Shown one piece after another: positions 41,668 to 51,519 of a DNA stretch of 64,000 bases. The stretch spans positions 188-64,187 of the forward strand of contig JBFELU010000005.1 in the NCBI GenBank assembly GCA_041551965.1, given 5' to 3'. Source of the stretch: Acidimicrobiia bacterium. GTDB taxonomy: Bacteria; Actinomycetota; Acidimicrobiia; Spongiisociales; UBA11373. Position 1 is the first letter of the stretch. Every line of letters begins with the position of its first letter. The notes under the pieces were generated by a model that was given only the letters and a program-made list of their open reading frames with translations, was not told the DNA's origin and made no database searches. A program made the position numbers and the translations under genes.

Positions 41668-43337
41668 ACGACCACCCTCAACACTTCCTTGAACGTGGTG
41701 AGTCCGAGACGCACCTTCTCCATGCCGTCCTGACGCAGGGTCCTCATGCCCTGTTCGACGGCAACCGCCTTGATTTCGTCCGAGGGCCGGCGTTCGACAG
41801 CCAAACGCTGGATCTCCTCGGAGACCAGAAGCACTTCGTTGATGCTGAGCCGCCCCCGGTAGCCGGTTTCGGAGCAGGCCTTGCATCCGACCGCGTCGAA
41901 GACGGTGATCCGTTCATCCTCGGGAAGCCCCATCTCGTGGAGCATCTCTGGGGTGGCGTCCCGTTGCTGACGGCAGCGATCGCAGATACGTCGAGCCAGC
42001 CGTTGGGCCACGATCGAGTCGAGCGCCGATGACACCAGGTACGGTTCGACGCCCATGTCGATGAGCCGCCCCACGCTCGACGCGGCGTCATTGGTGTGCA
42101 ACGTCGACAGCACCAGGTGACCGGTGAGGGCCGCCTCCACGGCGATCTTGGCGGTCTCGGTGTCCCGGACCTCACCGATGAGCACGATGTCGGGATCGGA
42201 TCGAAGGATCGACTTGAGGGCGGTGGAGAACAACAGCCCCGCCTTGCGATGGACCTGCACCTGGATGACGCCGGGGAGCCGGTACTCCACGGGATCCTCG
42301 ACGGTGATGATGTTCCTGTCGGGCTGGTTGAGGACGTTCAGGGTCGAGTAGAGGGTGGTGGTCTTGCCCGACCCGGTCGGCCCGGTGACCAAGATGGCGC
42401 CGTAGGGCTTCGAGTAGGACGACTCGAAGCGCTCCAGCGACTGCGGCAGGAATCCGAGATCGGACAACTTGAGGATCGCGTCGTCCTTGTCGAGGATCCG
42501 GATCACGACCTTCTCGCCGTAGATGGTCGGCAACGTGGCGACGCGCAGATCGATTTGGCGACCCCCGACCCGGAGACTCACCCGACCGTCCTGAGGGACC
42601 CGTCGTTCGGCGATATTGAGCTCGGCCATGATCTTGAGGCGGCTCACCACCGCACCCGACACTGACCGCGGCGTCGTCATCACCTCTTTGAGGACGCCGT
42701 CGATCCGGAATCGCACCCTCAGATCGCGCTCGCCCGGCTCGACGTGGATATCGCTCGCCCGCTCATTCACGGCTCGGGTGACCAGCGTGTTGACGAGCCT
42801 GACGATTGGGGCTTCCTCGACCGCAGCTTCCAGGCCCTCGAGCGGGTCCTCCTCGGCATCCTCGGTGACCAGGTCGGCGAGATCGGCGACGGAGTTGTCG
42901 AGCGCGCCGACCCGCCTGATTGCATCCTCGATGTCCGACCGACTCGCCATCTTGGGCACCACCGTCTGTCCGGTGATGGCCCTGATGTCATCGACGATGA
43001 GGACGTTGCGGGGGTCGGCCATCGCCACGATCAGACGTTCGTCTTCGAAACCGACCGGGATGACCATGTAGCGCCTCGCGAGCGTTTCGGGGATCAACGC
43101 GGCGGCAGAGGGGTCGAGGGTCATCTCCGAGAGGTTCACGAATTCGATCCCCACGTGCCTGGCCAACACACGGGTGACGTCGTCCTCGGGGATGATCTCT
43201 TCCTCGATGAGGATCCGGGAGAGGGTTTCGCCGGTCTGAGCCTGCACCGCCTGGGCGCGCTCGAGATCGGCCTGGGTCACCAGACCCTCGTCGAGCAACA
43301 TCGTCCCGAACACGTCACCGCTTGGGGGCACGGACAC
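41664..43337 (-). CDS. pilB: type IV pilus assembly ATPase PilB (GspE family)
   Basis: N-terminal GspII/MshEN domain (FGTMLLDEGLVTQADLERAQAV; MADPRNV), Walker A GPTGSGKTT, tetracysteine zinc motif CDRC...CKAC. GTG start preceded by GAAGGAG. Confidence 0.9.
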   Translation of the reverse strand: MSVPPSGDVFGTMLLDEGLVTQADLERAQAVQAQTGETLSRILIEEEIIPEDDVTRVLARHVGIEFVNLSEMTLDPSAAALIPETLARRYMVIPVGFEDERLIVAMADPRNVLIVDDIRAITGQTVVPKMASRSDIEDAIRRVGALDNSVADLADLVTEDAEEDPLEGLEAAVEEAPIVRLVNTLVTRAVNERASDIHVEPGERDLRVRFRIDGVLKEVMTTPRSVSGAVVSRLKIMAELNIAERRVPQDGRVSLRVGGRQIDLRVATLPTIYGEKVVIRILDKDDAILKLSDLGFLPQSLERFESSYSKPYGAILVTGPTGSGKTTTLYSTLNVLNQPDRNIITVEDPVEYRLPGVIQVQVHRKAGLLFSTALKSILRSDPDIVLIGEVRDTETAKIAVEAALTGHLVLSTLHTNDAASSVGRLIDMGVEPYLVSSALDSIVAQRLARRICDRCRQQRDATPEMLHEMGLPEDERITVFDAVGCKACSETGYRGRLSINEVLLVSEEIQRLAVERRPSDEIKAVAVEQGMRTLRQDGMEKVRLGLTTFKEVLRVVV

Positions 43338-43395
43338 TCCTTCGAACCTTCCGCTTCTCTGTCGGCAGCAGGGGGAAGGAGCTTGAGAAGGTGCG

Positions 43396-44172
43396 TCAAG
43401 CCGTGCGAACGGCTCCGATCATGACGTCGATCGGTGCGGCACGACCGATCCAGATCACAAAGGAATCGGCCGCCTGCGCAACGAGGTGATCCAGCCCATC
43501 GACTGAGGGAAGACCGAGACGCCGGGCGGTGCCCATGGCCGGAGTGGGGCGGTCGCCGTAGGCGAGATCGAAGAGCCCTTGCGCCTCCTCCACGAGCCCG
43601 TCCGGGAGCTCTTCGCCGTGCATGCCGAGCGGGGTGGCGTTGACGATCACCGCACCGGTGACGGGCCTCCCCCAGGCGACCACGGATCCGGCGGTTCCGG
43701 TTCGCTCCAACACGGCTTCGGCGACGCCGGGACGACGGGCCGACACGAACCGCTCTCGATCGTCGCCGACGGCCACCAGCGCCGCCGCCGCCGCCCCGCC
43801 GGCACCAAGAATCAGAACCGGAGCGTCTCCGGGCAGTTCTCGCTCCGCCCAGAGCGCCCGGATGCCGGTGACGTCGGTGTTGTGGGCGACGACCGCCGAC
43901 CCTTCGGCCACCAGGGTGTTGGCGGCCCCGCACCTCCCCACCTCCGGCGTGACCCGATCCGCCAGCGACGCCGCCAGGTCCTTGTGGGGCATCGTCACGT
44001 TGGCGCCGTCGAGGAGGCCGCTCCGGATCTCGGCAACGGCCTCGGCCATCCCGGCCGTATCGACGCGGCGCGGCCGGTAGCTACCGGAGATCCCGACGGC
44101 TTCGAGCGCCGCTTGCCACATGACCGGCGAGCGTGAGTGTGCCACCGGATCACCGAGGAGCACCAGCCTCAC
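43396..44172 (-). CDS. aroE: shikimate dehydrogenase
   Basis: Shikimate-binding SRSP motif, NTD motif and GAGGAA NADP motif. GTG start at 44170-44172 (VRLVLLGDPVAHSRSP) overlaps the mltG stop. Confidence 0.85.
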   Translation of the reverse strand: MRLVLLGDPVAHSRSPVMWQAALEAVGISGSYRPRRVDTAGMAEAVAEIRSGLLDGANVTMPHKDLAASLADRVTPEVGRCGAANTLVAEGSAVVAHNTDVTGIRALWAERELPGDAPVLILGAGGAAAAALVAVGDDRERFVSARRPGVAEAVLERTGTAGSVVAWGRPVTGAVIVNATPLGMHGEELPDGLVEEAQGLFDLAYGDRPTPAMGTARRLGLPSVDGLDHLVAQAADSFVIWIGRAAPIDVMIGAVRTA

Positions 44173-45278
44173 GGGATGATCCCGTCCTCCCGCGCCTGTT
44201 CCTGGAGCTCGAGGAACTCGTCGAAGTCCGCGGTGAACGCATGATGGCCCTCGGCATCGGCCAGCACGTAGTAGAGAAAGTCGGTCTCGGCGGGTCCGGC
44301 GGCCGCTCGCAACGAGGCGAGCCGGGGGCCGGCAATCGGCGTGGGCGGAAGACCGGGGTTGAGGTAGGTGTTGTAGGGGGACTCGACCTCGAGGTCGTCG
44401 AGGGTGAGTATCCGGGAGCCGCCGCCGAGGGCGTAGACGACGGTGGCGTCGATCTGGAGCAGCATATCCCGGTCGAGCCGGTTGAAGATCACGCTGGCGA
44501 TGATCGGGCGCTCGTCGTCGATGGCAGCCTCCCGTTCGATCATCGAGGCGATGATCACCCCCTCGTAGATCGTGATCCCCCGGGCCTCGAGATCGGACCA
44601 GTCGACCGAGGCGACCCTCTCCTCCGCCGTGGCGGCCAGCGTCTCGAGGACCTCGAAGGCCTTGACGTTCGAGGCGAATTCGTAGGTGTCGGGGAACAGC
44701 AGCCCCTCCCAGTCGGCCAGCTCGGTGGGCCGACGCGGCAGCAGAGAGGACGTGACCGATCCATCGAGGAGCGTGCCGGAGAGCTCGGCGTAGGTGAACT
44801 CCGTCTGACGGGCGATCGAATCGAGCATCTGGTTGACGGTGAGGCCTTCGATCACTGTGATGCGAAACACATCGCCTTCGGCGGGTCCTTCGGTGAGGGC
44901 CGCCGCCGCCCCTTCCACCCCCATACCTGTCGTGAGGTCGTACCGACCGGCGATGAGCCGGTTGCTGATCCCGGTGTTCCTCACGTGTCGCTCGAACTCG
45001 ATCGCGGAATCCACCACGCCGGCATCGGCAAGCAGGCGAGCGATCTCGGCGGCCGAGGCTCCCGAGGGAATCTCGACCTCCACGGCGATCCCCGGCTCGA
45101 CGGCCGGACCCTCGTCTCCCCCGATGGCATCGCTGACCGCGCCGGCCAGCCACCGCATCCCCAGGACCCCGATCACCAGTGTGGCGATCACCAGGCCGGC
45201 GACCGCCACCCACTTCAACCACTCGAGGTTCCAGCGGGGCCCCTGCCGGTACGTCTCGTACTGCTCCCGCTCAGTCAC
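44169..45278 (-). CDS. mltG: endolytic murein transglycosylase MltG (YceG family)
   Basis: N-terminal TM segment and YceG-like domain (...LLFPDTYEF...). Confidence 0.8.
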   Translation of the reverse strand: MTEREQYETYRQGPRWNLEWLKWVAVAGLVIATLVIGVLGMRWLAGAVSDAIGGDEGPAVEPGIAVEVEIPSGASAAEIARLLADAGVVDSAIEFERHVRNTGISNRLIAGRYDLTTGMGVEGAAAALTEGPAEGDVFRITVIEGLTVNQMLDSIARQTEFTYAELSGTLLDGSVTSSLLPRRPTELADWEGLLFPDTYEFASNVKAFEVLETLAATAEERVASVDWSDLEARGITIYEGVIIASMIEREAAIDDERPIIASVIFNRLDRDMLLQIDATVVYALGGGSRILTLDDLEVESPYNTYLNPGLPPTPIAGPRLASLRAAAGPAETDFLYYVLADAEGHHAFTADFDEFLELQEQAREDGIIP

Positions 45279-45694
45279 GGCCGGCCCCCCTTCGCGTCCA
45301 GGTAGGCCTGGAGGAACACGGCCGCCGCCACGCGGTCCCTGGTCTCCCGGCGCCGGCGACGGCGCATCCCGGCTTCGAGGAGCACCCGTTCCGCGGTCGT
45401 CGTGCTGAACCGCTCGTCGTGGAGATCGACCGGGAGGCCGGTGGCCTCGGACACCCGCGCCGCAAAGGCACGCGCCGCTTCGGCCGCCGCACCCTCCCGA
45501 CCGTCGAGACCGATGGGCAGCCCGATCACGATCCGCTCGACCTCGAGTTCAGCCACCATGTCCTTGAGCCGGACCTCGAGATCGTCGGCGGTCGCATCGA
45601 GGGCTCCATGGGGCTGAGCGGTGAGGTGGAGCGGGTCGCTCACGGCCACTCCCACCCGCTTGGTGCCGGGATCGAGGGCCAGGATGCGCCCCAT
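45275..45694 (-). CDS. ruvX: Holliday junction resolvase-like protein RuvX/YqgF
   Basis: MGRILALDPGTKRVGVAVSD RNase H-like motif; 139 aa. Start overlaps alaS. Confidence 0.85.
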   Translation of the reverse strand: MGRILALDPGTKRVGVAVSDPLHLTAQPHGALDATADDLEVRLKDMVAELEVERIVIGLPIGLDGREGAAAEAARAFAARVSEATGLPVDLHDERFSTTTAERVLLEAGMRRRRRRETRDRVAAAVFLQAYLDAKGGRP

Positions 45695-48342
45695 CAGCGC
45701 TCCCGCAGCGCCGCCACCACGAGGCGGCGTGCCTCCTCGAGTGCGTCCTGGAGTCGGTCGCCCTGGGGTCCGCCGGCCTGCGCCAGTTCGGGGTCCTTGC
45801 TGCCGCCGCCTCCGACGATCGAGGCCGGCCCCCGAATCAGCTCCCCGGCCGACAGGCCGGCCCCGACCAGGTCGGCCGTCACCACCGCCACGAGGCCGGC
45901 CTTGCCGTCCCGTTCGGCGCCCAGCACTGCGATCCCCGAACCGAGCCGGTCGCGAACCTGCATCGCCAGCGTCCGCAGCTCGTCGGGCGGAACGCCGGGC
46001 CGGCTCGCCACCACCACGTGCGCCCCGTCGACGTCCTCGGCGCCCTCCAGCAACTCGGCGGCGACCCCCGACCGGCTCTGCGCCTCGAAGGCCGCGATTC
46101 GCTCCTCCTGCATCCGGGCCTTCTCCGCCAGCGCCGCCGCCGCTTCGGCGACGTGGTCCGGCTGCGTTCGCAGGGCGTCGGCCGTCGCCCTGAGCAGGGT
46201 CCGCAGCTCCGAGACGTAGCCGTAGGCCTGGGACCCGGTGTACGCCTCGATGCGTCGGAGGTTCGATCCGATCGACGACTCCCCCACGACCACGAGTGGG
46301 CCGACCTGACCGGTGGTGGGAACGTGCGTCCCCCCGCACAGCTCCCGCGAGTAGGTGCCGGCTTCGACCACACGAACGCGGTCCCCGTATTTGTCGCCGA
46401 AGAAAGCCAGCGCCCCCATCTCCTCCGCCTCGTGACGCTCGATCTCGAACGCACGAACCCGAGCGTTCTCGATCACCCGCTCATTGGCGGTTCGCTCGAC
46501 CTCCGCCAGCGCGTCGGCATCGACTCCGGCGTAGTGGCTGAAGTCGAAACGAAGCCGTCCGTCGGTCACCAGCGACCCCGCCTGCTGGACGTGAGAGCCG
46601 AGCACCTCCCGGAGCGCCCAATGCAGCAGATGGGTGCCGGTGTGCGACTTGCGGATCCGTTCCCGCCGCCCGGAATCCACCGAGAGCGTGGCGTCCTGGC
46701 CGGTCTTGACCGTTCCCCCTGTGACGGTCGCCCGATGGCCGTGCATGGTCTGCACCGGGAACTGGGTGTCGGTGACCCGCAGCGATCCGGTTTCGGTGGC
46801 CACCACCCCGGTGTCGCCCACCTGCCCGCCGGATTCGGCGTAGAAAGGCGTTCGATCGAAGTAGACCTCGATCTCCTCACCCTCGGAGGCCTCGCCGACC
46901 ATCTCGCCCTCGCGCAGCAAGCTGAGGATCCGGCCGCTGCTCTCCACATGGTCGTACCCGACGAACTCGGTCGGGCCCACGTCGTCGAACAATCGGCGGT
47001 AGGTGGGCGCAGTCTCGGCGTCGACGGTCGTCTTGCGGGCCGCCCGGGCCCGTTCCCGCTGCTCCGCCATCGACCGATCGAAGCCGGCCCGATCCACCCC
47101 GACATCCCGCTCCGCGGCGATCTCGGTGGTCAGTTCGATCGGGAACCCGTAGGTGTCGTGGAGTCGGAATGCCACCTCTCCCGACAGGGCGCCGCCGGCG
47201 CCGACCACGTCCAATTCGGTATCGATGATCCGGTAGCCGGCGTCGAGGGTTCGACGGAACCGCTCCTCCTCCCGGGAGGCCATCTCGATGATGCCGTCCC
47301 GCCCGTCGACGATGGCGGGATAGGCGTCGCCCATCACGTCGATCGTGGCCTCGATGACCCGAGGGGTGGCCAGCTCGCGGGACCCCAGGCTCCAGGCGTG
47401 GCGTACCGCCCGCCGAATCAGGCGGCGCAGCACGTAGCCGCGCCCCTCGTTGGAAGGGACCACCCCGTCGCTGATCAGGAAGGTCATCGCCCGGCCGTGG
47501 TCGGCGAGGATTCGCAGCGCGACGTCGCTGCGCTCGCTCTCCCGGTACCGGGCACCGGTGACCGCCTCGCCGGCGGCCAGGACGGGGCGGATCAGATCGC
47601 AGTCGAAGACCGTCGCGGCGTCCTGGAGGATCATCGCCACTCGCTCGAGCCCCATCCCCGTGTCGATGCTGGGGGCCGGGAGATCACCGATCACGTGGTA
47701 CGGCTCATCCTGGATGTTCTGCATGAGCACCAGATTCCAGATCTCCACGAACCGATGCTCGCCCGCCTCCCCCGTTGCGATCGGACCCCCGTCGGGCCCG
47801 TAGTCGGGACCGCGATCGACGAAGATCTCCGACGAGGGGCCGCACGGTCCGGGGACCCCCATCTGCCAGAAGGTGCCGTCCTCGATGCCTCCCCGCTGGA
47901 CTCGGTCGGCCGGCACGCCGACCCCGTCGATCCAGATCTCGGCCGATTCGTCGTCGTCCTCGTAGATCGTGTACCAGAGCACCTCGGGGTCGAGACCGAG
48001 GTGCTCGGTGACGAACTCGTAGGACAACGGGATCGCCCGCTCCTTGAAGTAGTCACCGAATGAGAAGTTGCCCAGCATCTCGAAGAAGGTGAGGTGCCGC
48101 GACGTGGTCCCGACGATGTCGATGTCGATCGTTCGGACGCACTTCTGGGACGTGACGGCCCGGGGGTAGGGCGGGGGCTCCTCGCCGAGGAAATAGGGTT
48201 TGAACGGCACCATCCCGGCGTTGGTGAGCAACAGGGTCGGGTCGACCGGGATGAGGGAGGCGCTCGGCACCAGGGTGTGGCCGCGCTCCTTGAAGAAGGC
48301 GAGGAAGGCGCGCCGGATCTCGGAGCCGGTGAGGCCCTTCAT
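45694..48342 (-). CDS. alaS: alanyl-tRNA synthetase
   Basis: MKGLTGSEIRRAFLAFFKERGHT N-terminus and class II motifs; 882 aa. Confidence 0.95.
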   Translation of the reverse strand: MKGLTGSEIRRAFLAFFKERGHTLVPSASLIPVDPTLLLTNAGMVPFKPYFLGEEPPPYPRAVTSQKCVRTIDIDIVGTTSRHLTFFEMLGNFSFGDYFKERAIPLSYEFVTEHLGLDPEVLWYTIYEDDDESAEIWIDGVGVPADRVQRGGIEDGTFWQMGVPGPCGPSSEIFVDRGPDYGPDGGPIATGEAGEHRFVEIWNLVLMQNIQDEPYHVIGDLPAPSIDTGMGLERVAMILQDAATVFDCDLIRPVLAAGEAVTGARYRESERSDVALRILADHGRAMTFLISDGVVPSNEGRGYVLRRLIRRAVRHAWSLGSRELATPRVIEATIDVMGDAYPAIVDGRDGIIEMASREEERFRRTLDAGYRIIDTELDVVGAGGALSGEVAFRLHDTYGFPIELTTEIAAERDVGVDRAGFDRSMAEQRERARAARKTTVDAETAPTYRRLFDDVGPTEFVGYDHVESSGRILSLLREGEMVGEASEGEEIEVYFDRTPFYAESGGQVGDTGVVATETGSLRVTDTQFPVQTMHGHRATVTGGTVKTGQDATLSVDSGRRERIRKSHTGTHLLHWALREVLGSHVQQAGSLVTDGRLRFDFSHYAGVDADALAEVERTANERVIENARVRAFEIERHEAEEMGALAFFGDKYGDRVRVVEAGTYSRELCGGTHVPTTGQVGPLVVVGESSIGSNLRRIEAYTGSQAYGYVSELRTLLRATADALRTQPDHVAEAAAALAEKARMQEERIAAFEAQSRSGVAAELLEGAEDVDGAHVVVASRPGVPPDELRTLAMQVRDRLGSGIAVLGAERDGKAGLVAVVTADLVGAGLSAGELIRGPASIVGGGGSKDPELAQAGGPQGDRLQDALEEARRLVVAALRER

Positions 48343-48385
48343 CGCGCCTCCACATCGATGGGCTGCAGCACGGGCGACAGGGTAC

Positions 48386-49729
48386 TCACTCCCCTCGCGG
48401 GGGTCGCCCCAGCCGCCGGTCGATCTCGATCAGTCTTTTTGCCATTTCGGCCTCGTCGCCCTCCGCGCCGGGCCGGTAGAGGATGCGGCCGGCCGCAGCG
48501 TCGGGGAGATACTGCTGTGACACCAGGCCGCCCGGGTGGTCGTGGGGATACCGGTAGCCCTCCCCGTGACCCAGGGCCGCCGCTCCCGGGTAGCCGCCGG
48601 AGCGGAGATGGGGCGGCACCACGGCCTCCGGAGTCTCCTCGAGGGCGCGACGAGCAGCACCGATCGTTTGCAGCACCGAGTTCGATTTCGGCGCGGCCGC
48701 CAGGTAGAGGGCGGCATGGTGGAGTGCATAGGACGCCTCGGGGAGGCCCACGTAGGCCAGCGCCCGTGCCGCATCGACGGCCACCGACAGGGCCCCCGAG
48801 TCGGCGAGACCGATGTCCTCCGAAGCCAGGATGACCATGCGGCGGGCGATGAACTCGGGATCCTCCCCGGCGTCGATCATCAGCTGCAACCAGTAGGCGG
48901 CCGCATCGGGATCCGAGCCCCGGATGCTCTTGATGAACGCCGAGATCACGTCGTAGTGCTGGTCGCCCTTCTTGTCGTAGCGGATGATGCGACGCTGCAG
49001 GGCCTCCTCCACGGTGGGCGGGTCGATCGTGTCGTCGCCCCGGCCCTCGGTGATGAGGGCGGCCAGTTCCAGGGCGTTGTAGGCGAGACGGGCGTCCCCA
49101 CCGGTGCGGGTGGCCAGCACCGCCGCGGCCTCGGGATCCAACCGGAGCCCTGAACCGCCCAGGCCCCGATCGGCGTCGGTCATGGCACGGTCGATGAGCA
49201 CCGCCACCGCCTCGGGCGAGAGTGCTTCGAGACGGAAGAGGCTGCTGCGGCTGATGAGCGGCGAGTTGACCTCGAAGAAGGGGTTCTCGGTGGTGGCCCC
49301 CACCAGGATCACGATCCCCGTCTCCACCCCGGGAAGCAGGGCATCTTGCTGGGCCTTGGTGAAACGGTGGATCTCGTCGAGGAAGAGCACCGTTCGCCGT
49401 TCGTCCTCCTCGAGCCGGCGGGTCGCCGCCGCCAACACCTCGCGCACGTCCTTCACCCCGGCAGAGGTGGCCGACAGCGCCTCGAAGGCCGCCTCGGTCT
49501 CGCTGGCGACCAACCGGGCGAGGGTGGTCTTCCCGGTGCCCGGCGGGCCCCACAGGATCATCGAGACCGGCCTGCCTGCGGCCACCATCGAGGCGAAGGC
49601 CGAGCCGGGCGCAACGAGATGCGGCTGCCCGACTACCTCCGACAACGAGGCGGGTCGCATGCGGGCGGCCAGCGGCTCGGCCGACTTCCGGCGGGCGGCG
49701 CGATCCGCGGCGAAGAGATCGTCCATCAT
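48386..49729 (-). CDS. rarA: replication-associated recombination protein A (AAA+ ATPase RarA/MgsA)
   Basis: Walker A GPPGTGKTT, Walker B LFLDEIHRF, and MgsA C-terminal domains. Start at MMDDLF (ATG 49727-49729) overlaps the aspS stop; the longer track N-terminus is rejected. Confidence 0.85.
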   Translation of the reverse strand: MMDDLFAADRAARRKSAEPLAARMRPASLSEVVGQPHLVAPGSAFASMVAAGRPVSMILWGPPGTGKTTLARLVASETEAAFEALSATSAGVKDVREVLAAATRRLEEDERRTVLFLDEIHRFTKAQQDALLPGVETGIVILVGATTENPFFEVNSPLISRSSLFRLEALSPEAVAVLIDRAMTDADRGLGGSGLRLDPEAAAVLATRTGGDARLAYNALELAALITEGRGDDTIDPPTVEEALQRRIIRYDKKGDQHYDVISAFIKSIRGSDPDAAAYWLQLMIDAGEDPEFIARRMVILASEDIGLADSGALSVAVDAARALAYVGLPEASYALHHAALYLAAAPKSNSVLQTIGAARRALEETPEAVVPPHLRSGGYPGAAALGHGEGYRYPHDHPGGLVSQQYLPDAAAGRILYRPGAEGDEAEMAKRLIEIDRRLGRPPRGE

Positions 49730-51519
49730 TCCCGAGAGCCGCGATCCTCCTCGAGCGCGGCGCGCACCTCGGGACGCAGATCGAGACCCAGCTCCCGCAG
49801 TTGGTCGTCGCCGACCGGGGTCGGGGATTCGGTGAGCGGATCGGTGCCGGTCTGCGTCTTGGGAAATGGGATCACCTCCCGGATGTTGGGCTCGTCCTGG
49901 AGGATCGAGACGAGCCGATCGATCCCGACCGCAAAGCCGGCGTGTGGGGGCGTCCCGTACCGAAGTGCTCGAAGGAACCATCCGAATCGCTGCTCCGCCT
50001 CCTCGTCGCTGATACCGAGCACGGTGAAGACCCGGCGCTGGGTGTCGGAGTCGTGGATCCGGACGCTCCCGGAGCCGAGTTCGGCGCCGTTGAGGACCAG
50101 GTCGTAGGCCTTCGAGATGGCGGTCTCGGGGCTCTCCTCCATCTCGGTGATGTCGACCGGTGCGGTGAAGGGGTGGTGGGCCGGGGCCAGGCGCCCGTCG
50201 GGCATCTTCTCGAACACGGGAAAGTCGGTCACCCACAGGAATCGCAGCTCGTCGTGGCCCCCCGGTTGGCCCAGGTGGCGCCGCAGATCGTCGAGGACTC
50301 CGCCGGCGACCCGCGCTCGATCAGCCACGATCACCAGCAGGTCGCCGGGCGCAGCGTCGAGGGTCGATCGGATCCCGGCGATCTCGGCGTCGGAGAGGAA
50401 CTTGGCGACCGGGGATCGCAAGGAGCCGTCGTCCTCGGCCACCGCCCAGACCAGGCCCTTGGCCCCCGATCCTCGAGCGCGCTCGACGAGCCCATCGAGC
50501 CCCGCCCGCGACAAGCCTTGATCACCCGCATTGAATCCGCGCACGACGCCCCCGTCGGCCAGCACGCCGGCGAAGGCCTGGAACCCCGTTTCGGCGAGGA
50601 CCTCGCCGAGGTCGGCGAACGCCATGCCGAATCGAACATCGGGCTTGTCGGTGCCGTAGGAGGCCATGGCCTCGGCGTAGGTGAGCCGGGGGAACGGTGT
50701 CGGGATCTCGACGCCCTTCAGTTCCCGAACTACCTCGGCCATGACGCCCTCGAGCGCCTCGAAGACGTCGTCCTGGCCCCAGAAGGCCCCCTCGAGGTCC
50801 AACTGGGTGAACTCGACCTGCCGATCCGCTCGGAAGTCCTCATCCCGGTAGCAGCGGGCGATCTGGTAGTAACGCTCCACCCCGGCGACCATCAACAGCT
50901 GTTTGAAGAGCTGGGGCGACTGGGGCAGGGCGTAGAACGATCCCTGGCGGAGGCGGCTCGGTACCAGGAAGTCTCGGGCTCCTTCCGGCGTCGATTTGAT
51001 GAGCGTGGGCGTCTCGATCTCCAGGAAGCCCTGGGATTCCATGGACCGCCGCATGGCGGTGACGGCCCGGGATCGGGCCCGAAGGTTCGTGGCCATCCGG
51101 GGACGCCTCAGATCCAGGTAGCGGTAGGCGAGCCGGCGCACCTCGTCGACCTCGGCGCGGTCGTCGATCTGGAAGGGGAGCGCGACAGCCGCGCTCAGGA
51201 GCTTCATGTCGGAAGCCACCACTTCGACCCCCCCGGTGGCCATCTCGGGGTTGACGTTGTCGGGATCCCGCTCGCGCACCGTGCCGGTCACCGCGATGCA
51301 GTACTCGTCGCGCAGCCGGTGGGCCAGGTCGTCGAGACCCGGAGCCTCATCCGGCCGGACCACCACCTGCACGATGCCGCTCGCATCGCGAAGATCGACG
51401 AACACCACCCCGCCGTGGTCACGCCGTGTGTTGACCCAGCCGGCAACCCGAACCGAACGCCCGACGTCGGCGGTCCGCAGCGCGCCGGCCGCATCGGTCC
51501 TCAGGGGCTCGTCGCCCAT
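49726..51519 (-). CDS. aspS: aspartyl-tRNA synthetase
   Basis: OB-fold anticodon-binding domain (VRVAGWVNTRRDHGG), class II catalytic core and GAD insertion; 597 aa. Confidence 0.9.
   Translation of the reverse strand: MGDEPLRTDAAGALRTADVGRSVRVAGWVNTRRDHGGVVFVDLRDASGIVQVVVRPDEAPGLDDLAHRLRDEYCIAVTGTVRERDPDNVNPEMATGGVEVVASDMKLLSAAVALPFQIDDRAEVDEVRRLAYRYLDLRRPRMATNLRARSRAVTAMRRSMESQGFLEIETPTLIKSTPEGARDFLVPSRLRQGSFYALPQSPQLFKQLLMVAGVERYYQIARCYRDEDFRADRQVEFTQLDLEGAFWGQDDVFEALEGVMAEVVRELKGVEIPTPFPRLTYAEAMASYGTDKPDVRFGMAFADLGEVLAETGFQAFAGVLADGGVVRGFNAGDQGLSRAGLDGLVERARGSGAKGLVWAVAEDDGSLRSPVAKFLSDAEIAGIRSTLDAAPGDLLVIVADRARVAGGVLDDLRRHLGQPGGHDELRFLWVTDFPVFEKMPDGRLAPAHHPFTAPVDITEMEESPETAISKAYDLVLNGAELGSGSVRIHDSDTQRRVFTVLGISDEEAEQRFGWFLRALRYGTPPHAGFAVGIDRLVSILQDEPNIREVIPFPKTQTGTDPLTESPTPVGDDQLRELGLDLRPEVRAALEEDRGSRE

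Noticed and set aside
41668-41886. Extra 73 N-terminal residues on the PilT ORF (MQGLLRNRLPG...)
   Set aside because: This stretch overlaps the pilB C-terminal coding region out of frame and is not pilin-motor-like. The MshEN domain starts at MNDVSRQL, which gives the usual 4-nt coupling.
49730-50236. N-terminal 169-aa extension of the rarA ORF and the overlapping 48339-49553 ORF
   Set aside because: RarA homology begins at MMDDLF with ATGA coupling to the aspS stop. The upstream part is Arg/Pro-rich and overlaps aspS coding sequence.
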